Positions 1-9,737 of a stretch of 64,000 nt of DNA are shown piece after piece. The notes under the pieces are model-generated. The model saw only the letters and a list, made by a program, of their open reading frames with translations, was not told the DNA's origin and ran no database searches. The first letter of the stretch is position 1; every line of letters starts with the position of its first letter. The DNA is from an uncultured Alphaproteobacteria bacterium (GTDB lineage Bacteria > Pseudomonadota > Alphaproteobacteria > Rhizobiales > Xanthobacteraceae): positions 1,304 to 65,303 of the forward strand of contig CAWIZJ010000042.1 of the NCBI GenBank assembly GCA_963840535.1, read 5' to 3'. The position numbers were made by a program, and so were the translations under genes.

Positions 1-183
1 GGCGACGATCCGTAGCAGCGTGGTCTTGCCGCAGCCCGATGGCCCCACCAGCGCCACGACCTCTCCCGGGTCCAGGCGGAACGCAAGCTTCCCCAGCACG
101 TCGATCCGGCCGCCCGAAGCTGCGCGAAAGCACTTCTGCTCGATGGCGACGTCAAGCCGGTCGCGGACGCCAGCGGGCGACAT
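1..183 (-). CDS. ABC transporter ATP-binding protein (NitT/TauT-type), N-terminal 61 codons; the gene runs off the left edge
   Basis: Hand translation of the minus strand from ATG 183-181 gives MSPAGVRDRLDVAIEQKCFRAASGGRIDVLGKLAFRLDPGEVVALVGPSGCGKTTLLRIVA, with Walker A GPSGCGKT. It is on the same strand as the binding-protein and permease genes and overlaps the permease 3' end by 32 nt. Confidence 0.8.
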   Translation of the reverse strand, partial: MSPAGVRDRLDVAIEQKCFRAASGGRIDVLGKLAFRLDPGEVVALVGPSGCGKTTLLRIVA

Positions 184-898
184 GTCGTTCAAGCGGCTGT
201 ACCAGGAACGTTTCGATTGCCAGCATGACGGTGATGAAGGCGAGAGCATACGCCAGGATGCGAGTGACGTCGAACAGTTGGAACGCAACGCCGATCTCGA
301 AGCCGACCCCGTTGGGCCGCCCCAGCAGCTCGACGATCAGCACGATCTTCCAGACCAGCGACAGGCCCGAGCGCGCAGCAGCGGCCAGATACGGCGCCAG
401 CTGCGGAAGAACGATGTGGCGCATCCTGATCCACGCCCCCATGCGGAACACCTGCGCCATTTCGTCGAGCGCACGGTCGAGCGAGCGTGCGCCTTCACGT
501 ACGGTGACGGTCGCGATCGGCAACTTGTTGAGCGCGACCGCAGTAACCGCTGCGGTCTCGGTCAGCCCGCCCCAGACATAGGCGAGCACGATGATGACCA
601 GGGCCGGCATGTTGAGGAGCACGATCAGCCAGGGATCCGCGAGCCGGTCCGCGATGCGGGAGCGTCCCATGAGCAGCCCGATCGCCGAGCCGAGCGCCAT
701 GGCGATGGCGAAAGCAACCGCTACCCGCGCCAATGTCGCAGCGAGGTTGAAGGCGAGGGCGCCCGAAGCCGCCTCCTCGAGGATGGCGAGCGCCACTGTC
801 TGGGGGTCCGGTAGCAGGCGGGCGCCTGCGACCCGGGATCCGGCGTACCAGGCAAGGATCAACAGCAAGAGTGAGAGGAGCCTCGCGCCCAAGCTCAT
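152..898 (-). CDS. ABC transporter permease (nitrate/sulfonate/taurine class)
   Basis: This is the last 248 aa of ORF 152..1954(-), starting MSLGARLLSLLLLILAWYAG. It is a multi-pass hydrophobic protein typical of SsuC/TauC-type permeases. Its ATG at 898 overlaps the binding-protein stop (ATGA). Confidence 0.85.
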   Translation of the reverse strand: MSLGARLLSLLLLILAWYAGSRVAGARLLPDPQTVALAILEEAASGALAFNLAATLARVAVAFAIAMALGSAIGLLMGRSRIADRLADPWLIVLLNMPALVIIVLAYVWGGLTETAAVTAVALNKLPIATVTVREGARSLDRALDEMAQVFRMGAWIRMRHIVLPQLAPYLAAAARSGLSLVWKIVLIVELLGRPNGVGFEIGVAFQLFDVTRILAYALAFITVMLAIETFLVQPLERHVARWRPRPA

Positions 899-1870
899 TC
901 CCCCGTCGCCGACCGGTAGAATGTACCGGGCGGGAGTTCGCGCGCCGGGCCGACGAGCTCGACGCCGCCGATCTCGGCGAGGACGCGATACAGTGCGCGG
1001 GCATCCGCCTCCTCCGCTGCAATCGGACGGCGTACGATGCCTTCGCTGTAGCGCTGGCGGTAGATCGCGAGCGCATCGTCCTCGGTGACGCGGATACGCG
1101 GCGCCAGCTTCCGCCATGCCTCCTCGGAGGAGGCGAGGATGTCCTTGGCCTGGCGCATCGCATCGAGGAAGCTGTGGAGGGCGGACCGGTTGCGCGCGGC
1201 CCAGGCGCCGTCGAATGTATAGCCGACGATCGCGACCGGTCCATCGGCGCCGAGGCCCTTCATCACCTGCTCCATGGCGACGGCGCGCCTGAAATCCCTT
1301 GCCTTCGAGCTCGGCGCAGAAATTCCAGAATGTGAGCGTGGCATCGGTCTCGCCCTGCAGCGCCTTCGCCGACAGGAGCGGCGGGGCGCCGTAGACGACG
1401 GTCGCCTGCCTCTTGAGGTCGAGACCGGAGCGGCGCGCAAGCGCCTGCAGCAGCAGCCAGCTCTTGTCGAGCGGGCCGCCGGCAACGGCGAGCTTTCTGC
1501 CCTTGAGATCGGCGATGTCGCGGATCGGCGATTGCGCTGGCACCATCACGGCGCCGAGCGTGCTGGACGAGGGGTGGAATACCAGGCCATCGCCCAGGGC
1601 ACGCTCGCGCGCAACCCAGAGCCAGTCCGAAAGCATGAGATCGACCGCGCCGCCTTTGAGCGCGATCTTGCCGGCTTCGGTCGAGGCGAGTTCGAGCGTT
1701 TCGATCGCGAGGCCCGCCTTGCGGTCGAGGCCGTGCGTCTTGATGACATCCACTTCCCACGCCAGCGTGCCGGTCCTTTGCACCGCGAGGCGAATGCGCT
1801 CGGAGGCGTCTGCGCCGGTACCGAGGAGCGCCACAACGGTGACGAGGGCGAAGCGCAGATCGGCAGGCAT
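895..1870 (-). pseudogene. ABC transporter periplasmic substrate-binding protein (NMT1/SsuA-like), frameshifted as sequenced (~1290)
   Basis: The N-terminal part MPADLRFALVTVVALLGTGADA...TFWNFCAELEGKGF lies in the frame of ORF 152..1954. The C-terminal part RRAVAMEQVMKGLGADGPVAIVGYTFDGAW...FYRSATGE lies in ORF 895..1485. The span is 976 nt, i.e. 325 codons plus 1 nt. A signal-peptide-like N-terminus is present. Confidence 0.7.
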
Positions 1871-2072
1871 GACATAACCCTGATACGAAAGCGTGGTGAC
1901 CCCGAAGGGGGCTTTGCAGCATAACATGGCAAAATCGACGGAAGCGACCGGCATGCGATTTTCACGCCCGGCACGGACCCCATTGTCAGCCTCGTCTGGT
2001 CTCTGTCATTGATCGGGAGCGATCGTCGATTGCATCCGTAGCGGCTAGCCGCGGCCGCGCGCGAGGTGAAAC

Positions 2073-3171
2073 ATGCAGTTCGGTGTCTTCGATCATCTCG
2101 ACCGCTCCGACACGGCGCTCGCCGATTTCTACGAGGATCGGCTCGCGATCGTGGAGGCCTACGATCGCGCCGGTTTCTACGCCTATCATCTCGCCGAGCA
2201 CCATTCGACGCCGCTCGGCATGGCGCCGTCGCCGAGCGTGTTCCTGTCCGCCGTTGCGCAGCGCACGCGGCGGCTCCGCTTCGGCCCGCTGGTGTGGGCG
2301 ATGCCGCTCCATCATCCACTGCGCCTGATCGAGGAAATCTGCATGCTCGACCAGATGAGCGGCGGGCGCCTCGAGATCGGCTTCGGCCGCGGCTCGGTTC
2401 CGATCGAGCTCGAATATTACGGAGCCGACCCTGGCGCGGCGCAGGAGATCTATGCGGAAGCGGTCGAGCTCGTGCTCGCGGGGTTGACGCACAAGACGCT
2501 CGATTTCAAGAGCAAGCACTTCGCCTTCGACAACGTCCCGATGGAGATCGAGCCGCTGCAGAAGCCGCATCCACCGATCTGGTACGGCCTGCACGCGGTG
2601 GAGAGCGCGGAACGCGCGGCGCGCCGCAATCTCAATGTCGTGAGCCTCGATCCCCCGCACGAGACCCGGCTCTCCATCGAGCGCTATCGCACGATCTGGC
2701 CGCAGATCCACTCCTCGACCACGGACCACCCCAAGCTCGGGCTCGGTCGCGTTCATCGTCGTGGCGCCGAGCGATGCGGAGGCGCTGGCGCTCGCCCGCC
2801 CCGCCTATCTGCGCTGGCACGCGAGCTTTACCCATTTGTTCCGCCGGCATGGACGCTCGCAGTCGCATCCCCGTCCCGCCACCTTCGACCTGGTGATCGA
2901 GCGCGGCCAGGGCATCGCCGGCGCGCCCGCGACGGTCGCCGGTTTCCTGTCCAGCCCAGCTCGCGCATACCGGATGCAACTACGTGGTCGGCCAGTTCGC
3001 GTTCGGCGATCTGACGCGCGCGCAAATCCTGCGATCCGTCGAACTGTTCGCGCGCGAGGTGATGCCCTCATTGCGCTCGGGGAAGGCCGGCCGCCGCGTC
3101 GACGGCCGACGTTGCGGCTCACGGTGCCCGTTGATATCGTCGTCCCCGGGACCAACGGAGTCGTTGATTGA
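2073..3171 (+). pseudogene. LLM-class (luciferase-like) flavin-dependent oxidoreductase, at least 2 frameshifts as sequenced; 3' end uncertain
   Basis: MQFGVFDHLDRSDTALADFYEDRL...DHPKLGLGR (ORF 2073..3014) continues as APSDAEALALARPAYLRWHASFTHLF...TVAGFLSS (frame of ORF 2761..3171). It then continues as QLAHTGCNYVVGQFAFGDLTRAQILRSVELFAREVMPSL (frame of ORF 2984..3304). The breaks are at ~2752 and ~2955 (CC to CCC). The true stop cannot be fixed and lies at 3133-3304 depending on frame. Confidence 0.65.
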
Positions 3172-5247
3172 GCACGCCGGAATCGGGCCGGATTCGGCTC
3201 TCTGCCGATGTGGGCGGCACCTTCACCGATGTCGCCGCGTTCGATGCGACGACCGGGCAGCTCCAGCTCGGAAAAACCCTCACGACGCCGGCGCAGGCTC
3301 GTAACCGGCATCGATCACGGCGTGGGCAAGGCCGGCGTGAGCTTTCGCTCGGCCGGGCTTTTCCTTCACGGCACCACGGTTGCAATCAACACCATTCTCG
3401 AGCGCACCGGCGCCATCTGCGCGCTCATCACCACGCAAGGGTTCCGAGACATCTACGAGATCGGCCGCGTCAACCGGCCGGAGTCCTACAATCTGTTCTT
3501 CCGCCGCCACGTGCCGCTGATCGAGCGTGACCTGCGCTACGAGATCCGCGAGCGCCTGGACTCCCAGGGCAAGGTGCTGATCAAGCTCGACGAGAGCCAG
3601 CTGCACACGGCCGTGGCCGACGCAGTGGCGCAGGGCGTAGAGGCGATAGCGATTCTCTTCCTGCACTCCTACCGCAACCCAGCCCATGAGCAGAGGGTGA
3701 AGAGCATCATCGAGGACCGGCACCCGCAGCTCTTCGTCACGGCATCGCACGAGCTCTCGCAGGAGTATCGTGAGTTCGAACGAACCTCGACGGCGGCGGC
3801 CAATGCCTATGTCGGACCGCGCGTGCGGCGCTATCTCGGCGAGATGGCCGAGCATCTCGGCGCCGCGGGTTTCGACGGCGACTTCCTGATCGTGCAATCG
3901 ACCGGGGGCTTGTTCGGCGTCGAAGAGGCGCAGAGCGCCTGCATCCGGATGCTGGAATCGGGGCCGGCGGCGGGCGTGATCGGCACCAAGATGCTGTGCG
4001 ACGACATCGGGCTCGAGAACGCCATAGCCTTCGACATGGGCGGCACCACCGCCAAAGCCGGCGTCATTCACGACGGAGCGGTGCTGATGACGGGGAGCAC
4101 GCTGGTCGGCGGCTATGCCACCGGTCTGCCCGTGCAGATCCCGATGATCGACATCCAGGAGGTCGGCACCGGCGGTGGCTCGATCGCGCGCGTGGAGATG
4201 GGCGCGCTCCATGTCGGGCCCGAGAGCGCGGGCGCCCAGCCCGGTCCGGCCTGCTATGGCCTCGGCGGGGTCGAGCCGACCGTCACCGACGCCAATCTCA
4301 TTCTCGGGCGGCTTGCCGTCGATCGTTTCCTCGGCGGCGAAATGCCGCTCGACCTCGACGCCGCGAGGCGTGCACTGGACGTGCGGGTCGCAGGGCCGCT
4401 CGGCCTCGATCTGACCGAGGCTGCGGACGGCATTCTGCGCATCGCCACGACCAAGATGTCCCACATGGTGCGCTGGGTCACCACCGAGCGCGGGCTCGAC
4501 GCCGCCGATTTCAGCCTGGTCGCCTATGGCGGCGCGGGTCCCCTGCATGCCGCGATGGTCGCGCGCGAATTGCGCATCGCCAGGGTCGTCATTCCACGCG
4601 CGCCCGGTCACTTCTCCGCCTACGGCATGCTGGTCGCCGATCTGCGGCGCGACTTCGTCAAGACCTGGTTCACGCCGCTAGCCGAGGCATCCTTTCCCGC
4701 CATCGAAGAGATCTACGCCGAGATGGAGGGACGCGGACGCGCGGCGATCGGGCGCAGCAAGGTGGCGATCGTCGCCGTCGAGGTGCGTCGCGCGGCCGAC
4801 ATGCGCTATGTCGGTCAGGAGCACGCGGTGACGGTCGAGCTTCCCCTCGAGCTGTTCCGATCGCAGGATCGCGACGGGATCAAGAAGCGCTTCGATGCGG
4901 TGCACGAGACCCGATACGGCTATTCCGCCGCCGCGCGAGAAGGCGGAGATCGTGAGCCTGCGCAGCGCCGTCACCGGTCTGTTGCGCAAGCCGGCCTTCG
5001 AGCCGGTCGCGGCCGGAGCATCCGAGCCGCCGCCACGGGCCTCTCGCGGCACCCGTCCGGTCTACTTCGCCGAGGCCGGTCGCCACGTCGATACGGCGAG
5101 TTACGATCGTGCGGCGCTCGAGGTCGGCAATCGCGTCGCGGGCCGGCGCTGATCGAGGAATACGCCTCGACGACCGTTATCCATCCCGGCGACATCGTCA
5201 CGGTCGATGGGTTCGGAAACCTCGTGATCGAGATCCTGCGGAGCTGA
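3168..5247 (+). pseudogene. hydantoinase/oxoprolinase family protein, A (HyuA-like) subunit, 3 frameshifts as sequenced
   Basis: MSTPESGRIRLSADVGGTFTDVAAFD...TTPAQ (ORF 3168..3530, TTG start) is followed by LVTGIDHGVGKAG...FDAVHETRYGYSA (ORF 3208..5247). Next comes PREKAEIVSLRSAVTGLLRKPAFEP...EVGNRVA (ORF 4895..5152), then GPALIEEYASTTVIHPGDIVTVDGFGNLVIEILRS back in the 3208 frame. The breaks are at ~3297, ~4930 and ~5140. Confidence 0.75.
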
Positions 5248-5254
5248 GCATATC

Positions 5255-7207
5255 GTGGACGCCGGGCTGAAATCGAGCCTTCCGCTGCCTTCCGCTTCGC
5301 CGCGATCGGTTGAGGGAAAGAAAACAGGTCGCCGGACCGATCCCGTGACCACCGAGATCGTGCGCAACGGTCTCATTGCCGCGACCGAGGAGATGAAGAC
5401 CAATCTGATGCGCACCGCCTACAACATGATCATCTACGAGGCGCTCGACTTCACCGTCGGGCTGTTCGATGCGCAGGGCAATACGGTCTCGATCGGGCTC
5501 GGGCTGCCGATGTTCATCCGCGGCATGAGCGACACCGTCAAGACCAAGCTCGCGCATTACGGTGTGGAGAACCTCGACCCCGGCGACATCCTGCTCACCA
5601 ACGACGCCTACATCACCGGCAGCCACCTCAACCACATGACTTTCACGGTGCCGATCTTCGATGGCGACGAGGTGGTGGCGTTCTCCTGCTGCATGGCGCA
5701 TTGGCCCGACGTGGGCGGCACCCTCGACGGTGCCACCACCGATATCTACTCCGAAGGCCTGCAGATGCCGATCGTCAAGATCTATCGCAAAGGCGTGCCC
5801 AACGAGGAGCTGATCTCCATCATAAGGACCAATGTGCGACTGCCGGAGCGGGCCATGGGCGACTTCCGTGCGCAGATCGCGGCGGTCAAGACCGGCGAGC
5901 GACGTTTTCTCGAGATGATCCGCAAGTACGGCCGCGACGCCGTGCTCGGGGGCATCGAGGCGATCATGGATCACAGCGAGGCCGCCACCCGCGCGCGCGT
6001 CGCCGCGATACCCGACGGCATCTACCAGGCGGAATCGTTCATGGACGATGACGGCGTCAAGGTCGGCGAGCGGGTGCCGATCCGGGTGCGCGTCGAGATC
6101 AAGGGCGACCGGATGAAGGTCGACCTCACCGACGTGGCCGGGCAGGTGGCCGGCTTCTACAATTCCGGCGAGACCGCCGGGCGATCCTGTTGCCAGGTGG
6201 CGTTCAAATGCCTGACCTCGGCGCTCGATCTGCCCATCAACGATGGTCAGTTCCGCGCGCTTGAGATCGTATTGCCCCCGGGGCGGGTGGTGAGCGCGCT
6301 GAAGCCTGCCGCGATGCGCATGTGGATGACCTATCCCATGACCATCATCGACACCATCTTCAAGGCGCTGGCGCCCGCGATCCCCGAACGCATCGTTGCC
6401 GGTCACCACGCCGACCTCGTGGTTGGTCGCGTCAACGGCCGCCGCCCCGGGGACGACAGCTTCTACATCTACCTCGGCGGCCTGATCGGGGGCGGCTGGG
6501 GCGCCAAGCGGGGCAGTGACGGCTGCAACTCCACCATCGCCATGAACGACGGCGACACCCACAACGGGCCTTCCGAGCAGGTCGAGGCGAAATATCCGCT
6601 GCTGGTGGAGCGCTATGCCTTGCGGCCGGACTCCGGCGGCGCCGGCCGCTTCCGCGGCGGCCTCGGCTGCGAGCAGGTGGTGCAGGCACGCCACGACATC
6701 CGCTTCAGCTCGCAGATGGACCGTGTGAAGTGCAAGCCGTGGGGCCTCGAGGACGGCCTGTCCGGCTTCGGCAACTCGGTCGCGATTCACCGCTTCGGCC
6801 AGCCCGAGGAGCAGCGTTTCCACAACGGCAAAGCGCTCAACCAGGTGCTGCATGCCGGCGACGCCTATATCCTGCGCTCGGGCGGTGGCGGCGGTTTCGG
6901 CTCGCCGCTCGAGCGCGAACTCGCGAGCCTCGAGCGCGATGTGCGCTGCGGCTATGTGAGCAAGGCAGCGGCCGAGAAATACTACGGGGCTGTTTTCGAG
7001 GAAGGCTCGACGAAGCTCGATATCGACGCGACGCAGGCGCGGCGTGCCGAAATGCGCGCGCTCGGGCTCCCGCGCGACGAGCCGATTGCCGACACCGGGG
7101 TGCCGCCGCCAGTTCCCGCACACGTTCACTGGCGCGAGCACGGGCACGAAGCGCTGAGCGAGGAGGAGCGGGTCGCGCTGGCGATGACGGGGCGGTGCTG
7201 CACGTGA
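5255..7207 (+). CDS. hydantoinase B/oxoprolinase family protein (HyuB-like)
   Basis: Intact 650-aa ORF: [48 protein letters not shown]... is the typical HyuB N-terminus. It starts 8 nt after the HyuA stop. The exact start is uncertain (GTG at 5255 is the first in-frame start). Confidence 0.85.
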   Translation: MDAGLKSSLPLPSASPRSVEGKKTGRRTDPVTTEIVRNGLIAATEEMKTNLMRTAYNMIIYEALDFTVGLFDAQGNTVSIGLGLPMFIRGMSDTVKTKLAHYGVENLDPGDILLTNDAYITGSHLNHMTFTVPIFDGDEVVAFSCCMAHWPDVGGTLDGATTDIYSEGLQMPIVKIYRKGVPNEELISIIRTNVRLPERAMGDFRAQIAAVKTGERRFLEMIRKYGRDAVLGGIEAIMDHSEAATRARVAAIPDGIYQAESFMDDDGVKVGERVPIRVRVEIKGDRMKVDLTDVAGQVAGFYNSGETAGRSCCQVAFKCLTSALDLPINDGQFRALEIVLPPGRVVSALKPAAMRMWMTYPMTIIDTIFKALAPAIPERIVAGHHADLVVGRVNGRRPGDDSFYIYLGGLIGGGWGAKRGSDGCNSTIAMNDGDTHNGPSEQVEAKYPLLVERYALRPDSGGAGRFRGGLGCEQVVQARHDIRFSSQMDRVKCKPWGLEDGLSGFGNSVAIHRFGQPEEQRFHNGKALNQVLHAGDAYILRSGGGGGFGSPLERELASLERDVRCGYVSKAAAEKYYGAVFEEGSTKLDIDATQARRAEMRALGLPRDEPIADTGVPPPVPAHVHWREHGHEALSEEERVALAMTGRCCT

Positions 7208-7295
7208 GCGGCATGCTCTGGCGGCACAAGAAGGGTCGATCCCGTACGGCATTCGGCTCGGTTTAAGGTCTCCTGACTTCACGCTGTCGGGGGCT

Positions 7296-7664
7296 TCACT
7301 TCGGCTTGAGCTGATGCAGCAGGATGGAGTTGCCCTCGCTGTCCAGGCACACCGCCATCCGACAGACGGGACTGTGGATGACGTCGCTCTTGAAGGTGAC
7401 ACCCTTGCCCTTGAGGTCGGTCATGAGCCGATCGAGGTCCTCGACCTCGAACGCGATCGTGCCGCCGGCGCTGTCGCTGGGCTTCTCCTTGGTGAAGTTG
7501 GTGAGGGCCAAACAGCCGCCGCCGGGCAGGTCGTATTCCACCCACCAGTTGTCGCCCTGGTTGCCGGCCGAGCCGGACTTGAGGCCGAGCGTCTCCTCGT
7601 AGAACATGCGCGCCCGCGCCACGTCGGTGACCGGGTAGTACGTGAAGGCGACCTTCCTGAACAT
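7296..7664 (-). CDS. VOC (glyoxalase/bleomycin-resistance/dioxygenase) family protein
   Basis: ORF 7296..7685(-). I prefer the ATG at 7664 ([28 protein letters not shown]...) because AAGGTG lies upstream of it. This is a small beta-alpha-beta-beta-beta type sequence typical of VOC proteins. Confidence 0.75.
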   Translation of the reverse strand: MFRKVAFTYYPVTDVARARMFYEETLGLKSGSAGNQGDNWWVEYDLPGGGCLALTNFTKEKPSDSAGGTIAFEVEDLDRLMTDLKGKGVTFKSDVIHSPVCRMAVCLDSEGNSILLHQLKPK

Positions 7665-7749
7665 GCAACACCTTATGTTGGCCACGCGCTCGGCAGCATC
7701 GAGCAGGCGGGATCGGGATCACGCAATTCGCCGCGCTGGCACGGACCTC

Positions 7750-9111
7750 TCACTCGATTCCGTCCGGCCCGACAGGTTGCAGGCTCGGCCGTGGACCCGC
7801 TTCGCCGCGTAGCGGCAGCGGCTGCTCTTCCAGCATGGCCTGGATCGCGCTGCGCGTGGACTTGGGGTCGAGGCCGTGCTGTGTCACCAGATCCTGGCAG
7901 TCGGTCGCGATGGCATCGACGTCCTGCAGCATCTTGAGCCGCTTGAAGTGATCGTCGTGATGGATGCCCATGCTGTCGCCCACGATCTCCAGCATGTTCA
8001 TGATCCGGAACGGATAGTCGCGCTCGTGCGCGCACAGCTCGCGGTGGTCGGCGTGGTAGACCGCGACCAGCGCGTCGACGCCCGCCTTCTCGGCGGCGTC
8101 GAGCTCGTTTCCCTGCAGCTCGCGCCGGTAGGCCGGCAGCGCACGGAAATAGTTGCTCATCATTCCGACCGCCGGTTGCCCGAGATCGACGAGCTCGACC
8201 CCCGGCACGGCTTTCAGGATGTCCTCGGCGGCCTCGACCACGCCCCTGATGCCGGGGTGGCGATGGAGCGCGATCCGCATCTCCACGCGCTTGCACAGGA
8301 ACGGCCGCAGCCGGTCGAGGTTCTTGCGCAGGAACAACATGAACGGCGTCATCTCGAATGGTTTGGCGCCCCGCGTCTTCTCCACCGTCGGCAAGGTGGT
8401 CTCGGTGAACTGCGTGTGGCAGCTCGGGCACCAGGAGATCACCTGCCCGGACCTGCTGCGGGCGAGCTTGTCCATGGTGCTCTCGGCGAAACGGCCCGAG
8501 GTCGCGACGTCGCCGGTGCGCATCTGGACGACGCCGCAGCAATGGGTGGGACCGCCCATCACCTGGTAGGTGACGCCGAGCGCGTCCATGATGTCGAGGG
8601 CGAGCAGCGCGATGTGCGGCGTCTTGAGCACGTTGCAGCCGGTATAGAACACGAAATCCGGCGGTATGTTGGGCTCGGTCCGGCTATCAGCCTTCTGCCC
8701 GAGCCGCGCCAAGGTCTCGTCGTCGAGCTGGATGCGCGAGATGTGCGTCACGTCGCGTGCGACCTTGCGGAAGCCCTCCACCCCGAGACGGCGTTGTTGC
8801 ACCGGCGCATCCCTGTGGCGCGCCATGGCCACGCGTGCCATCCCTAGGAGAAAGCGCGGATTGACGCCGTAGTCGCAGGCCTCGATGCACTCGCCGGTGA
8901 GCACGCACGCGTTCGCCCATTTGCGCGCCGCGTCCGGCCCATCGCCGGTGCGCAGAATGTCGATGATCCCCGAGATGACCGCGCGCGGCTCGGCCTTCAC
9001 CCCACCGGGACCGGTAACGGGGCAGACCTCGACGCATTTGCCGCAGCGGGTGCAGGCGTCGGTCATCGCTGCGACGCGCTCGCTCAGTGCGGCCTCGAAC
9101 GTGGCGGTCAT
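7750..9111 (-). CDS. (Fe-S)-binding protein, HdrD/GlpC-like (two 4Fe-4S ferredoxin motifs plus two cysteine-rich CCG domains)
   Basis: Intact 453-aa ORF with [12 protein letters not shown] and [12 protein letters not shown] ferredoxin-type motifs at the N-terminus. The C-terminal half has YTGCNV...PTHCCG and WCPSCH motifs. Confidence 0.8.
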   Translation of the reverse strand: MTATFEAALSERVAAMTDACTRCGKCVEVCPVTGPGGVKAEPRAVISGIIDILRTGDGPDAARKWANACVLTGECIEACDYGVNPRFLLGMARVAMARHRDAPVQQRRLGVEGFRKVARDVTHISRIQLDDETLARLGQKADSRTEPNIPPDFVFYTGCNVLKTPHIALLALDIMDALGVTYQVMGGPTHCCGVVQMRTGDVATSGRFAESTMDKLARSRSGQVISWCPSCHTQFTETTLPTVEKTRGAKPFEMTPFMLFLRKNLDRLRPFLCKRVEMRIALHRHPGIRGVVEAAEDILKAVPGVELVDLGQPAVGMMSNYFRALPAYRRELQGNELDAAEKAGVDALVAVYHADHRELCAHERDYPFRIMNMLEIVGDSMGIHHDDHFKRLKMLQDVDAIATDCQDLVTQHGLDPKSTRSAIQAMLEEQPLPLRGEAGPRPSLQPVGPDGIE

Positions 9112-9221
9112 GCGGATGCGATCCGTGCTCAGTCAGATCGTGCGGATACTACCGCGCGGGCACGCCCGATGAAACCCTGCCCCGGGAGAATGGTGGCCGG
9201 CGGCGGAATGCCGTGAGGGCA

Positions 9222-9611
9222 TCAAGCGGTCACGGCGATCCCCTGCACCTCGATCAACATCTCGGGCTGGGCAAAGCCCTGGACGGTGATCGCGGCGCTG
9301 GCTGGAAAATCCTTGTCGAACAGCTGTCCACGCAGCTCGGTCATGCGGGTCGTGTAGCGCGCGTCGATCAGGAACACGGTCATGGTGACCATGTCGCTCA
9401 GTCTCGCGCCGGCCTCCGCCAATGTTCGCTCGATATTGCGAAATGTCTGCTTGAACTGCGCATCGAAATCGCCGGCGAGCGATTTTCCGGTATCGTCGAT
9501 CTGGCCGGTATGCCCGGCGATGTAGATGGTTCTGCCCCCGCCTTCGGTGATGACGCAAGGCGAGAACGCGCGCTTGACCTGCCAGGTTCCGCGAACGAAC
9601 GTCTTCTGCAT
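9222..9611 (-). CDS. RidA/YjgF family (reactive enamine/imine deaminase-like) protein
   Basis: MQKTFVRGTWQVKRAFSPCVITEGGGRTIYIAGHTGQID...MVTMTVFLID...MLIEVQGIAVTA. The ATG at 9611 is preceded by GAGGAG. The upstream part of ORF 9222..9689 looks non-coding. Confidence 0.85.
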   Translation of the reverse strand: MQKTFVRGTWQVKRAFSPCVITEGGGRTIYIAGHTGQIDDTGKSLAGDFDAQFKQTFRNIERTLAEAGARLSDMVTMTVFLIDARYTTRMTELRGQLFDKDFPASAAITVQGFAQPEMLIEVQGIAVTA

Positions 9612-9737
9612 GGGTGCAATCTCCTCATTGGAGCCGCTAGTGCTAGCTGTTCTAGTGGCGAACCCGAATTTTCGCCGAAGCCGTGCCACAAGTCCGATGA
9701 ATTTTCCGAATGGTACACTGCCGCAATCGCGCGCGCG

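Noticed and set aside
152-1954. A 600-aa ORF that reads like a binding-protein/permease fusion.
   Set aside because: The middle about 130 residues are Arg/Gly/Pro-rich nonsense. The genuine binding-protein C-terminus is in another frame (ORF 895..1485) and ends in an ATGA overlap with the permease ATG at 898. The long ORF is read-through created by one frame break.
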